Positions 19,956-30,489 of a stretch of DNA of 64,000 nt are shown piece by piece (within the stretch, counting starts at the first letter, position 1; every line of letters begins with the position of its first letter). The notes under the pieces were generated by a model, which saw only the letters and a list, made by a program, of their open reading frames with translations, was not told the origin of the DNA and made no database searches. Position numbers and translations under genes: made by a program. Source of the DNA: a bacterium. GTDB taxonomy: Bacteria > Patescibacteriota > Minisyncoccia > Phycocordibacterales > PALSA-1337. The DNA is taken from NCBI GenBank assembly GCA_025355565.1, contig JANXZK010000002.1:15238-79237 (forward strand), given 5' to 3'.

Positions 19956-20159
19956 CTAACTAGCGACATAGGGCAATAGGCCCATGAACCTGGCACGCTT
20001 CACCGCAACAGCGAGCTGACGCTGATATCTAGCCGAAATACCGCTGCGCTTCCTACTCAAGATACGGCCATGTGGATTCAAGAACTTGCGGAGGATCTCC
20101 GTATCCTTGTAATCGATGAACTTGATATTGTGCTGACTAAAATAACATTGTTTCTTCAT
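19956..20159 (-). CDS. rpsR: 30S ribosomal protein S18
   Basis: 67-aa ORF with ...GRILSRKRSGISARYQRQLAVAVKRARFMGLLPY. Confidence 0.9.
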   Translation of the reverse strand: MKKQCYFSQHNIKFIDYKDTEILRKFLNPHGRILSRKRSGISARYQRQLAVAVKRARFMGLLPYVAS

Positions 20160-20179
20160 ATTTGTAATTTTGTTTATAA

Positions 20180-20665
20180 TTAGAACGGTATGTCGTCCGG
20201 ATTGATCTCTTCTTGTGGATAATCGATCTTGTCTTTCTCTGCGGGTGCTTCACCATCCTTCGGCGCTCCGGAGGCAGAACTAGACGCGCTCTCGGCAACA
20301 TTCCCCGCGGGAGATCCTGTCCCGCTCACACTTCCCGCTCCCTTGAACCCGAATTGGACGTTCTCGGCGATGATCTCAGTTCGATACTTCTTCTCGCCGT
20401 TCGGTGCGTCCCAGCTCCTCGTCTGGATACGACCCTCGACTAGCGCCTGCTGGCCTTTCTTCAGATACTGAGCTGACAACTCACCGAGCTTGGCAAAAGC
20501 GACGATGTTATGAAAATCCACGACATCCTTGCGCTGACCGTCTTTGTCTTTGAAAGAACGATTCGTCGCTATCCCGAAGCTACAAACTTTGATACCCGAT
20601 GGGAGAGCCTTGATCTCAGGATCTCTCGTTAGATTCCCTATGATATATGCCTTGTTTAAGTACAT
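20180..20665 (-). CDS. ssb: Single-stranded DNA-binding protein
   Basis: OB-fold N-terminus (YIIGNLTRDPEIK), Gly/Ser-rich linker, and the acidic C-terminal tail ...DDIPF. Confidence 0.9.
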   Translation of the reverse strand: MYLNKAYIIGNLTRDPEIKALPSGIKVCSFGIATNRSFKDKDGQRKDVVDFHNIVAFAKLGELSAQYLKKGQQALVEGRIQTRSWDAPNGEKKYRTEIIAENVQFGFKGAGSVSGTGSPAGNVAESASSSASGAPKDGEAPAEKDKIDYPQEEINPDDIPF

Positions 20666-20698
20666 GATAGTTGCAAAGTTACTTGTTGTTAATATGCT

Positions 20699-21226
20699 CT
20701 ATTTTACCTCTCTGACCATAGCATCAATACTCTTGTCCATCTCCTCGATAGTTGCTGGGGCTACATCTTTTGCGGCCTCTGTGATCGCTCCGACTCCGGC
20801 ACCAGCGATAGCTACCGGCTCGAATGCGCGCTTTGGCATGATAGCTACGGCGATCTGTGAAGCTCTCTTGCCTAGATATGTATTCTCCTTCGTTGTGGAG
20901 AGTAATATCATGCGCAAAACTGAAGGCATGAGCTCAACAGACTTCTTTACTGCTTCCACCACGCTCGAACTGACTTCGAACTTTACCCAGCCAAAATACG
21001 CCTTATCATACTTTTCATATGATCCGGACACAGTCTTCACTCTCATCGTATAGGCTAGATGCTCGAGGTGAGGCATCTCATCGGCGATGATGGTGGCACC
21101 GGCTTTCGTTATGATACCCTTCACTTTCTCGGCCTCATCGGAGACTTTCTCCTCTGCGACTGATCCAGCGACCAAGTATCCTATCTCGTAGACCGCTAAA
21201 CGGTCATCTATATTGTTTTCTTCCAT
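20699..21226 (-). CDS. rpsF: 30S ribosomal protein S6 with Ala-rich C-terminal extension
   Basis: YEIGYLVAG...GATIIADEMPHLEHLAYTM...YFGWVKFE...VLRMILLSTTKE matches the S6 fold. This completes the conserved rpsF-ssb-rpsR order. I placed the start at the internal Met (MEENNIDD); the longer ORF extends to 21325. Confidence 0.8.
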   Translation of the reverse strand: MEENNIDDRLAVYEIGYLVAGSVAEEKVSDEAEKVKGIITKAGATIIADEMPHLEHLAYTMRVKTVSGSYEKYDKAYFGWVKFEVSSSVVEAVKKSVELMPSVLRMILLSTTKENTYLGKRASQIAVAIMPKRAFEPVAIAGAGVGAITEAAKDVAPATIEEMDKSIDAMVREVK

Positions 21227-21574
21227 ATATTGTTTGCGACCAGTGGCCCTTGAACTGGGATCTTCTCTGCTTTCGGCTTCGAAGAACTGACCGCGATTAC
21301 TGATAATGTAACACGAGATTAACACAGATATTACCCCCTTGCAAGAGTATCGACCCCTCGATCACCTCTCCACTATCTCTCTCATGCAGGCAAGAAAAAT
21401 AGCATGTTCATTGAGGCCGTCAAACTGTATCATACGAGAGATAAAATCCTGATAAAAAAGGCCTCAAAAATCGATAAAGAAAAGTTCAAATTTCGATAAA
21501 GTAATCATCAAATTTGGCCGCATATGTCGTGCCCGCGTAAAACGAGTCCTGCCCTCAGTATCTTTACTGTTTTG

Positions 21575-22399
21575 CTATATCCCGAAGAGCTGCTTTGCAT
21601 TCTGTAGTAACTGTTTTGCAACTTTCGCTTCGTCTTCACCACGAATTTTGGCGATCTGCTTCACCACTTCGATGACATAAACTGGCTCATTCCGCTGACC
21701 TCGATAGGGTATCGGCGACACGAACGGACAATCTGTCTCTGTCAATATCTTTTCGAGTGGCACAGACCTGATCAGTTCGTCATAGTCACGAGTGAAAGTG
21801 ATCACACCAGTAAATGAAATGCTGCATCCAGCGGCTAATACATTCTCCATGTCCTCCTTCGAACCAGAGAAAAAGTGAAAGTCCGCCGGAACTTTGGCAT
21901 GATCTTTGAGGATTTGAATAGCGTCGGCGTATGCATTCGGAGTATCTTGAATAGCCGCAGCCGGATTATTCGCGACTATTTTCCTCTTTATATTCCTGAC
22001 ATGCAACATGAGAGGTTTGCCCACACTATTCGCAACCTCGATATGCTGGATGAATACTTTCTCCTGAATCGCCATCTCTCCAGGACTCGTTGCTCCAGAA
22101 TATTCCAATCCACACTCACCTATCGCCACAACCTCGTCGTGCTTGGCGAGCGCGGTGAATGCTGGAATATCGAACATCTCATCTCCCCTCGAACCATCAG
22201 TCTCCGTTGGATGTAGACCGACCACGGCCCACATATGATCATGGCCTTCTGCCAATTTGACACAATCATTCGATGAAACTATATCTGTTCCGACTACGAC
22301 GATGCCGACACCAGCATCATGTGCTCGTTTTATCACTTCATCCCTATCTACGTCATATTCAGGAAAATTGATATGACCGTGTATGTCTATGTAATTCAT
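21575..22399 (-). CDS. TatD-family metal-dependent hydrolase/DNase
   Basis: N-terminal IDIHGHINF His motif, the TIM-barrel hydrolase pattern, and a C-terminal ETDCPFVSPIPYRGQRNEP. Confidence 0.85.
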   Translation of the reverse strand: MNYIDIHGHINFPEYDVDRDEVIKRAHDAGVGIVVVGTDIVSSNDCVKLAEGHDHMWAVVGLHPTETDGSRGDEMFDIPAFTALAKHDEVVAIGECGLEYSGATSPGEMAIQEKVFIQHIEVANSVGKPLMLHVRNIKRKIVANNPAAAIQDTPNAYADAIQILKDHAKVPADFHFFSGSKEDMENVLAAGCSISFTGVITFTRDYDELIRSVPLEKILTETDCPFVSPIPYRGQRNEPVYVIEVVKQIAKIRGEDEAKVAKQLLQNAKQLFGI

Positions 22400-22403
22400 A
22401 CCT

Positions 22404-23907
22404 CTATTTTCTCAAGAATAACGGCTTTTCTGGCATTTTATTTTCACGAATACAAACCAGGATCTTCTCTGCAGTCTCAGGTAAAAATGGCAACAACATA
22501 ACCGCGATCTCATTCAATGATGTTACGAGCTCGATCATCAACTTTACACCCTTTTCTCTATCAGTTTTGACGAGTGTGAAAGGCTGATCTTTTTGGATCT
22601 TCTGGTCGAGTGATGCGATCTTTTCCCAAACGACATTCATCGCTTTTTGTAGATTGAAACTCTCTATCGCCTCAAAGAATTCTGGACTCTGAAGACCGGC
22701 GAACTCGTTTGAATCCTGAATCTTGAATCATGTGCGCTTCCGCCATCTTCATGATCCTCGACGTCAGATTGCCGATACCGTTTGCTAACCCGGCATTGTA
22801 TGCTTCTTTGAATTTTTCTATAGTAAATGGGCTGTCTTCAAATGGGTGCAATTCCTTGGTTACAAAATACCTGAATGCGTCAGTACCGAATTCGGCCACG
22901 ACATTCATCGGATTGACGGTATTACCCAGAGATTTGGACATCTTCACACCCCCTTCACCTGTGACAAAACCATTGATGACGATGACCCTAGAAGGCGTGA
23001 GCCCGACTGCCATGAGCATAGCTTGCCACATTGCGGACTGTTGGCGCAGATTGTCCTTACCACAATACTGCGCTGCGCCACCGGTTTCTGTCCACCATTT
23101 CACGAACGTCTTCTGGTCATGAGGCCAACCGATCGCTGAGATATAGTTGACCAGAGCATCGAACCAGACGTACATAACATGCGTAGGGTCGCCAGGTACA
23201 GCTATGCCCCATGGCATCTTGCTAGCGAGTCTGGTCACACTGAAATCCTCGAGTCCCCTTTCGACAAAGGCACGGATCTCATTTAGCCTAGAATTAGGAA
23301 TGACAAATGAGTGCTTGCTCTCGGCGTTCGCTTCCGACGAGGCACCACGCTCATAGAGATCCATGAGAGCCTTTTGATACACGCTGAAACGAAAGAAATA
23401 ATTCTCTTCTTCGATGACTTCTATGCTCTGCAATGGATGCAGTGGACAGCGACCATCTACTAGTTCCGACTCTGTCTTTTCCAGTTCACAACCTACACAG
23501 TATTTTATAGAATAATTCTTCTTGTAGATGAGACCATTCTTGTCGGCGATCTTCCAGAATTCCTGCGCCGCCAACACGTGATGTGGATCAGTAGTACGCG
23601 TAAAAGTAATTTCTGACATGATCCCCAATCGAGGCAACATCTCTCTGAATTTGGCGGCCGCGGCATCAACATAGGTTTGCGGATCCAGGTGTTCTTGGAT
23701 AGCCTTTTGATAGATTTTCACACCATGTTCATCTGTTCCTGTATTGAAAAACACGTCAAAACCCATGAGTTTCTTGTACCTTGCGATCACGTCAGCTCTC
23801 ACGAATTCTAGCGCATGGCCGATGTGCGGCTCTGCGTTTACATACGGCAAAGTCGTAGTGATGTAAAATGGCTTTTTTGCAGCTACCTTGGGCACTTTTT
23901 TTATCAT
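22404..23907 (-). pseudogene. metG: Methionyl-tRNA synthetase interrupted by a +1 frameshift (7-bp tandem duplication at ~22708-22727)
   Basis: The N-terminal ORF (22672..23943) has PYVNAEPHIGHA and VKMSKSLGN. The C-terminal ORF (22404..22640) encodes the anticodon-binding helices ...LLPFLPETAEKI. The two frames overlap at GATTCAaGATTCAgGATTCA; removing 7 nt restores one continuous MetRS (…HMIQDSNEFAGLQSPEFFEAIE…). Confidence 0.8.
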
Positions 23908-23971
23908 TGGGAATAGTGTACAGGGAAAATGACGTTCGGGCAAAGAGTGGACAGGTGGGGGTTACAAACAG

Positions 23972-25066
23972 CTATCTCCCAGCCTTTTCCAAAACTGCCC
24001 TTTCGGCCCTCTCGGCATTTTTGTACTTCTCAATGTCATTTATATACTCCATGAGGGCCGCTGACAGAGGTACCGCGATCAGAGCTCCGAGGACACCAGC
24101 GAGTTTAGCTCCGATCACCAAGGCGAGGATAACTACGATCGGTGATATGCCAACGATCTTTCGCACCACCAGTGGATAGAAAACCTGACTTTCTAGTTGA
24201 TAGATGATGAGGTAAAGTCCGACCAAGAGCAGTCCGATACCGAGTCCTCTATCTGTAAAAGCAAGGAGGATCGGTGGTATCGAAGAAATGATCGGTCCGA
24301 ATATTGGGATGATCTCTAAGATCGCCGCTAGTAAAGCAAATAAAAGGGCGTGATTGATGCCAACGGAGATTAACAGGATATACACCAGGATACCGACAAC
24401 AATACCCAAGATGACTTGCCCTTGGAGCCACAAAGCGATCTTGCGTTGGGAACGTTTCCAAAGGTCGATGATGTAATCATGATGTTTGACTGGAGCGACA
24501 ATGCGTAAAAAGTCATCTACTCCTTCTTCTTTGACAGCCAAGTAGAATGACAGAACCACGATCAAAATGAAACTAAACAAACCACCGAATACGGCACCGG
24601 CGGTCTGGAACAGTGTCTCACTGCTTCCTACGACCAATGCACGCAATTGGTTAACTATGTCAGATAGAGACAGTACGTGTTCTCCGAAACTGTAAGACGA
24701 CCCGAAATTGAGGCCGATATTGCTGATAGGGCTCCACAATTCTTGGAACGAAACCGTTTTTGGCAATGTTGCCAAGAAATTCGTCGCATCGCTCACGATG
24801 AGAGGCATAAAGAATATGAGTATTCCGGCAAGGACGAGCGCGAGCACAACGTATATGCCGATGACACTGGCGATCCTATGGATTTTTCGCCTCTTTAGGC
24901 GTCTCACTAGTGGCTCGATAGCGGAAGCGATGACAACGGCGGCCACGATGACTACCACCACATCAAACAGATAGTATATCGCCGCGAGCAGGACCAGGAT
25001 CAAGAAGAACCGGATGATCGTACCCGTACTCACATTGATCTTCGTTGATGAAACTGGTTCTGGCAT
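23972..25066 (-). CDS. AI-2E family transporter (PerM/UPF0118) membrane protein
   Basis: ~8 TM helices and the typical AI-2E family topology. I placed the start at the internal Met (MPEPVSS) to avoid overlap with the upstream gene. Confidence 0.7.
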   Translation of the reverse strand: MPEPVSSTKINVSTGTIIRFFLILVLLAAIYYLFDVVVVIVAAVVIASAIEPLVRRLKRRKIHRIASVIGIYVVLALVLAGILIFFMPLIVSDATNFLATLPKTVSFQELWSPISNIGLNFGSSYSFGEHVLSLSDIVNQLRALVVGSSETLFQTAGAVFGGLFSFILIVVLSFYLAVKEEGVDDFLRIVAPVKHHDYIIDLWKRSQRKIALWLQGQVILGIVVGILVYILLISVGINHALLFALLAAILEIIPIFGPIISSIPPILLAFTDRGLGIGLLLVGLYLIIYQLESQVFYPLVVRKIVGISPIVVILALVIGAKLAGVLGALIAVPLSAALMEYINDIEKYKNAERAERAVLEKAGR

Positions 25067-25103
25067 ATATGATTGTCGACTTATTATATGAACAATGCAG
25101 CAA

Positions 25104-26375
25104 TTAATCAAACTTGAAATATGGCTTGAAAACCTCTGCATCCTTGAATTTCCCTATGATCGCCAAGTTTAGACCGCTATTCACAAATATCTCTCTGGCC
25201 AATTTCCTAACATCCGCCGCTGTCACTAAACTGACTTTCTTCATGAATTCTTCGGGTGTATCGATCTCTTGCTTTAGGATCTCCTGAAAGCCACAGTATT
25301 CGGCTCGCGATTCTGAAGTCTCGAGCTCGAGGAGTGTAGTGCCGGAAATATAGTCCTTCACTTTCTTGAGTTCGGCATCACCTACTAGCTCATCTTTCAA
25401 AAGGGCGCACTGTTTCAAAATCTCTCTGATAGCCTCCTCGACACGTGCATTGTCGACACCAGCGGAAATAGAGAGATCTCCATGATCAGTGAATGGATCA
25501 TGTGCGGCACGAATGTAATAACAGATGCCCATCTCATCTCGGAGCTTGCTGAAAAGCCGAGAGCTCATTCCTCCACCGAGGATCGTTGTTAGAACTGTCA
25601 TAGTTGGGATCCTCCTATCACTGATGGCGAACGTTCGCGTAGCGATAACTAGATACGTCTGATCTGTTTCCTTGTAATGCGTTCTTATCGCTGGAGATTT
25701 CTGATCTTCTACAACAGCGAGTTTCGGTCTTTTCTCATCGTTCTTGACAGTGACAAACGTTTTCTCGATCATTTTTATCGTCTCTTTTTCATCAAACGAG
25801 CCCGCTACAAGAACCGTCGTAGCACTGCTAACATAATGGTCTTTCCTATATTTTATAAAATCGTTGCGATCGAACGATCTCACGCTATCCTCAGTTCCGA
25901 GAACACTCCATCCTGCCGGCTGATCCCCGAACATGAGTTCGGACATGATCTCGTGAACATGTCGCTGTGGGAGATCGTTATACATGCGTATTTCTTCGAT
26001 GATCACTCCTTTTTCCTTAGTGATCTCCGTTTCTTTGAACAATGGATTCATGTACATATCCCCCACCACGTCCAGTGCTTGATCGAGGTGATCGGAAGCA
26101 ACTTTCGCGTAGTATCCTGTGAATTCTTGAGTCGTGAATGCGTTGTATTGCGCGCCGAGAGAGTCGAGCTCGCGCGAGATGTCGCTAGCTTTTGGACGTC
26201 GCGGTGTTCCTTTGAACACCATATGCTCCAAAAAATGAGATATGCCGTTCTGTTTCACCGTCTCATATTTCGATCCCGCTTCGACCATGACGAGTACTGT
26301 CACTGAAGGATTGTCAGGCATAGGCACAGTTATCACCCTGAGCCCGCTTTTAAAAATGGTCTTATTGAATTTCAT
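25104..26375 (-). CDS. M16-family zinc peptidase (insulinase-like)
   Basis: Inverted zinc motif HFLEHMVFKGT (HxxEH) near the N-terminus, and length 423 aa. Confidence 0.8.
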   Translation of the reverse strand: MKFNKTIFKSGLRVITVPMPDNPSVTVLVMVEAGSKYETVKQNGISHFLEHMVFKGTPRRPKASDISRELDSLGAQYNAFTTQEFTGYYAKVASDHLDQALDVVGDMYMNPLFKETEITKEKGVIIEEIRMYNDLPQRHVHEIMSELMFGDQPAGWSVLGTEDSVRSFDRNDFIKYRKDHYVSSATTVLVAGSFDEKETIKMIEKTFVTVKNDEKRPKLAVVEDQKSPAIRTHYKETDQTYLVIATRTFAISDRRIPTMTVLTTILGGGMSSRLFSKLRDEMGICYYIRAAHDPFTDHGDLSISAGVDNARVEEAIREILKQCALLKDELVGDAELKKVKDYISGTTLLELETSESRAEYCGFQEILKQEIDTPEEFMKKVSLVTAADVRKLAREIFVNSGLNLAIIGKFKDAEVFKPYFKFD

Positions 26376-26402
26376 GAGGATATTACTGTAACACAGAAAC
26401 TT

Positions 26403-27770
26403 TTAATTGACACCACCGATCCTTTCTTTCAAATAGCCGAGTAGATCCGCCTCCGCGACTCTCTCCTGTTTACCAGAATCTCGATCACGAACAGTGACTC
26501 CATTGCCCTTTTCAATAGTCTCAAAATCTACCGTGACACAGAGCGGTGTGCCGATCTCGTCCTGACGGCGGTAGCGTTTACCGATGTTGCCGTTGTCGTC
26601 GTAGTCGGTCATCGGAATCTCTTTCTGAATAGTCTTGAAGATCTCCTCAGCTTTCTTTATGAGCTCAGGCTTATTGCGCAGCAATGGGAACACGGCCACC
26701 TTATACGGCGCAACTCTAGGATGAAGCCTTAGATACACTCTCTTTTCCTTTTTCTCTTCTTTGCCTTCCTCCTTTACTGAGCCCATCTCATCTTCGGTGT
26801 ACGCATCGCAAAGGATGGCCAATACCGTTCGGTCCAATCCAAATGACGGCTCGATGCAATGCGGGATGAATCTCTCTTTTGTTTCTTCATCATAATAAGA
26901 CAGACCGACTTTGCTAAAGTCTGAATGCTGTTTCAGATCGAAATCTCCGCGATACGCCAAACCGTATAGTTCTTTTTTGCCAAATGGAAAATCATATTCG
27001 AAATCGATGGTACGTTTTGAATAATGGGCACGGTCTGATTCTGGGACTTCCAACTCATGGACTTTAGATGCGGTTAGCCCGACATCGTTCATAAATCCTT
27101 TCATCTCCGTTCTGAAATACTCGAAAGACTCTTCCCATTTCTTTGGGTTGACGAAATATTCTATCTCCATCTGTTCGAATTCGCGCGAACGGAAGAGGAA
27201 ATCTCTTGGGGCGATCTCATTTCTGAAGGCCTTGCCTATTTGAGCCATTCCGAATGGCAACCTCGGGTGTTGAGTATCGAGTATGTTTTTGAAATTGACA
27301 AACATGCCCTGCGCCGTTTCTGGACGTAGATACGAGATCGAAGAGTCGTCCTGGATAGCACCGACATGCGTCTCAAACATCATATTAAATTTCCTCTCTG
27401 CGCCGAGCTCGCCGCCACAGTCTGGACATTTCTTCTTTGTCGCCGCATCGCCTTCTATCTGATCGGCGCGAAATCTATGCTTGCATTTCTTGCATTCAAC
27501 TAGCGGATCAGCAAAACCGGCCGCATGACCGCTCGCCTGCCAGACTTTTTGGTTCATGAGGATAGCGGCGTCTACCTTGAACATATTCCTTTTCCCCCAA
27601 ACAAAACGTCGATACCAAGCTTCTTTGATATTCCATTTCAAGGCTTCGCCGAACGGCCCATAATCCCATGTCCCGGCCAAACCGCCATATATCTCCGATC
27701 CTTGAAAAACGAAACCGCGTCGCTTGCATAGGGCGACGATCGCGTCCATTTTGTCCTCTTTTTTATCCAT
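26403..27770 (-). CDS. glyQS: Glycyl-tRNA synthetase (α2 homodimeric, eukaryote/archaeal type)
   Basis: The N-terminus DAIVALCKRRGFVFQGSEIYGGLAGTWDYGPFG is the hallmark of α2 GlyRS. Class II motifs and the C-terminal anticodon-binding domain are present. Confidence 0.88.
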   Translation of the reverse strand: MDKKEDKMDAIVALCKRRGFVFQGSEIYGGLAGTWDYGPFGEALKWNIKEAWYRRFVWGKRNMFKVDAAILMNQKVWQASGHAAGFADPLVECKKCKHRFRADQIEGDAATKKKCPDCGGELGAERKFNMMFETHVGAIQDDSSISYLRPETAQGMFVNFKNILDTQHPRLPFGMAQIGKAFRNEIAPRDFLFRSREFEQMEIEYFVNPKKWEESFEYFRTEMKGFMNDVGLTASKVHELEVPESDRAHYSKRTIDFEYDFPFGKKELYGLAYRGDFDLKQHSDFSKVGLSYYDEETKERFIPHCIEPSFGLDRTVLAILCDAYTEDEMGSVKEEGKEEKKEKRVYLRLHPRVAPYKVAVFPLLRNKPELIKKAEEIFKTIQKEIPMTDYDDNGNIGKRYRRQDEIGTPLCVTVDFETIEKGNGVTVRDRDSGKQERVAEADLLGYLKERIGGVN

Positions 27771-27831
27771 ATAGGTATTCTACACTTATTTTGACCCTTG
27801 TTACAAGGGATGCCCTGGGAGGCACTGGGTC

Positions 27832-29772
27832 CTACTTCACCACATTTCCATCACCATCTTTGTAGGCCGGATCCGTACTGAATCGAGTGTTGAGAACATC
27901 CTGCGTGCTAGTCAATCGGGTTCCGGTAAACGAATCCGTCGCCCCGAGAGTCGCCTGCCCGAGCAATGTTAGTGGCTGACCGACATCAGTTATGGCTGGG
28001 GTAACCGAGACTTGGAAAGATACCTCTCTCCTATTTTGTGCATCCAAGGTGTAGGTGCTCATATTGCCAACCTGCCACGAAACCTTGCCCGTGTTAGGAT
28101 CATAAGTCACATTTTCTGTGCTCGGGCTCACACTATTCAACCATTTGACATACGCGGGGAGTGTCGCAGAGACGACAGCGCTACCGACGGCGCTCGAGGT
28201 ATTATCGACGTCCCATATCACAGTAAATGTCGTAGTCTTCTCGACCTTCACGGGGATCGGACCAGTATTCACGAATGGTCCGACAGTACGCGCCACTCTT
28301 CCAGACAAACTGACACTCGAGGCGATGCGGATGGTTCGCGAGACTGCGGCTGAGAGGTTGCTAGAGACATTGGTCTCCTGGGTACGATCAGCAGAAACAT
28401 TTGCGGAGATTTGTATGATCGGATTGACCACTGATCCCGATAGCAGATCCGAATTCTTCGGAGTCAACCTGAATGATACCGTGCCACTCTCGCCTGCACC
28501 GATAGAAGAAAACTCCGGATTCGTTTGCTGATTCCAGACGATCTCATCCGTACCAGATTTGAAATATCCTTTCCCCGGTTGCACGCTTGATTTGTCGTAT
28601 GCGGAGCCAGATATCTTCGCAGTAACTACCATGTTCGAAACAGCGACGGGCAAATTGTTTGACCAATTGATCTCGACACTATCGCCTTGGCCGAATTGAC
28701 CGATATAATCTGCGCCAGGTCGGTCGTTGTCCACTGACATGGTAAGCGCGATGAATGGCTTCTGCACGATCATGTCCTGTTCGATCGCCACATATTGCGT
28801 GCCGATATTTCTCGCGTCAGTAGAACTCTGCGCGCCCACGGCGAAACGGAATACTCGGTCATCATTATTCTCTCCGGTAAGCTTACCGTGTATGATTATT
28901 TTCCTCTCGGCACCAGGCGGTATATCCCCTATCTTCCAGGTAGCGTTGCCGGCTAGGGGCTTCAAATCAGATGAGATGAACGAATAGCCGAATGGATATA
29001 TGGCCTTGAAAACGATATTTTTTAAAGTTTCCTGAGAATTGGATTTTAGATTGACCTTCATATCATATTCCTGACCAGAAGAAACTTCTTTGAAAGTATC
29101 AACTGATAACCCTATCGGCGAAGAATTGATCAGCACGTCATATGATTTGTTCTTTGAGAACAGCGAATTGGTGCCTTTGACTTTGTATGTAACCGTGACG
29201 ACGATGGACTTTTGCATATTCTCCTCTCCGAACATGATCGCTCTCACCGTCCTCATAGCCATGCCTCCAGCGCGGATGTCTCCTATGAGTTCTCGGTAAT
29301 TCTTGAGCTCCTTGGTCGAATCATTCGGATCTGTCGTTCCCGCGGGGAAATCGACAGCGAGATCGACGAGCTGCAAATCCACATTGTTTTTGTTCGTCAC
29401 AATGATGTCGAGGGGCACAGGCGTACCCCCAGGAATCGAAACCGGGCCGTTGATCGTGATGTCGATATTGTTAGCCGATATGAGGTTCCCGCCATTAAAG
29501 AAGAGGTACGCGCCCAAACCTAGAGCAACGACACAAAAGATGACTGAGCCAAAAAGGATCTTTTTTAGATATGACATCGAATGATCCTCATAGTGCTTAT
29601 TTAAAACCGGCTCGACTGTTTCCACCTTTGGTTCTTCCCAGGTAGTCTTCACATCTGACGCAGTATCATTGAAGCGCAATTTACGGCGTGTGCGCACATC
29701 TGGAGCATTTCTCGAATAGAGTGTCTTCTTCAATTCGTCAATGTAGCTGTTGTCTTCTGATGATGGAGGCAT
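27832..29772 (-). CDS. Large membrane-anchored extracellular protein (hypothetical)
   Basis: 646 aa with a single TM helix after a ~70-aa cytoplasmic N-terminus, then a long β-rich, repeat-like ectodomain. Confidence 0.5.
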   Translation of the reverse strand: MPPSSEDNSYIDELKKTLYSRNAPDVRTRRKLRFNDTASDVKTTWEEPKVETVEPVLNKHYEDHSMSYLKKILFGSVIFCVVALGLGAYLFFNGGNLISANNIDITINGPVSIPGGTPVPLDIIVTNKNNVDLQLVDLAVDFPAGTTDPNDSTKELKNYRELIGDIRAGGMAMRTVRAIMFGEENMQKSIVVTVTYKVKGTNSLFSKNKSYDVLINSSPIGLSVDTFKEVSSGQEYDMKVNLKSNSQETLKNIVFKAIYPFGYSFISSDLKPLAGNATWKIGDIPPGAERKIIIHGKLTGENNDDRVFRFAVGAQSSTDARNIGTQYVAIEQDMIVQKPFIALTMSVDNDRPGADYIGQFGQGDSVEINWSNNLPVAVSNMVVTAKISGSAYDKSSVQPGKGYFKSGTDEIVWNQQTNPEFSSIGAGESGTVSFRLTPKNSDLLSGSVVNPIIQISANVSADRTQETNVSSNLSAAVSRTIRIASSVSLSGRVARTVGPFVNTGPIPVKVEKTTTFTVIWDVDNTSSAVGSAVVSATLPAYVKWLNSVSPSTENVTYDPNTGKVSWQVGNMSTYTLDAQNRREVSFQVSVTPAITDVGQPLTLLGQATLGATDSFTGTRLTSTQDVLNTRFSTDPAYKDGDGNVVK

Positions 29773-29825
29773 TCGCTATATTTTACAACTAAAGGCAAAA
29801 AATGGCGAACCCCTCTACAACCCCT

Positions 29826-30461
29826 CTACAACATCGACTCATGTAAAGCTTTATTTATATGCTGATTCAATATCGCTCTTTCATTGGCCAATTCCTGTAG
29901 CGATCTTACAGACACTTTCGTCGATATGATCTCTTCCAATGATTCAGGCAGCTTGCCAATATAGCCGAGCGCATGTAGCATCTTGGCAACTATCAATGAT
30001 TCAAATGTTTCGAGATCGGCTTCATCTCTAGTCGTACGGTCTGCCTGAAGCCGCTGCAAGAACTCCACACTCCCGATTATGTGGTCGAACAATTCCGGAT
30101 GCGGCTCTTCGCCCTGAAGTAAACGTCGGAGTAGCAGAGCCAGTCTCGCGATCAATTCTCGCGATTTTTCTCCATACTCACTACTTCTTGCCCCCTCCTC
30201 CAATCTCAAACCCCTAATCTCCATACTTCCAATTTCATCCGCGCCAGTCAGCCTCCAATACTCCCTCCCTCTCACCAGCGAGTATGTCCCGAATGAATGG
30301 TCCTGGATATGATACCGCAATTTGGATCTCTCCAACCGTATACCCTGTGCCGTGGCATATATCAGTCCGAATTCGCGTGTAAAGACGATCAGAATCTTCC
30401 CCGCGTCGCCATATGGGCGCGAGCCGATGATGAATCCAGGTGTTGTATGAACGGTATGCAT
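29826..30461 (-). CDS. recO: DNA repair protein RecO
   Basis: N-terminal OB-fold region GFIIGSRPYGDAGKILIVFTREFGLIYATAQG is followed by a helical domain. Length and layout fit RecO. Confidence 0.7.
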   Translation of the reverse strand: MHTVHTTPGFIIGSRPYGDAGKILIVFTREFGLIYATAQGIRLERSKLRYHIQDHSFGTYSLVRGREYWRLTGADEIGSMEIRGLRLEEGARSSEYGEKSRELIARLALLLRRLLQGEEPHPELFDHIIGSVEFLQRLQADRTTRDEADLETFESLIVAKMLHALGYIGKLPESLEEIISTKVSVRSLQELANERAILNQHINKALHESML

Positions 30462-30489
30462 ATTGCCGCGCAGGGTCTATCCTCGTCAT

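Noticed and set aside
22404-22640. Independent 78-aa gene downstream of metG
   Set aside because: Its sequence is the anticodon-binding C-terminus of MetRS and it has no start context of its own. It is the 3' part of the frameshifted metG, not a separate gene.
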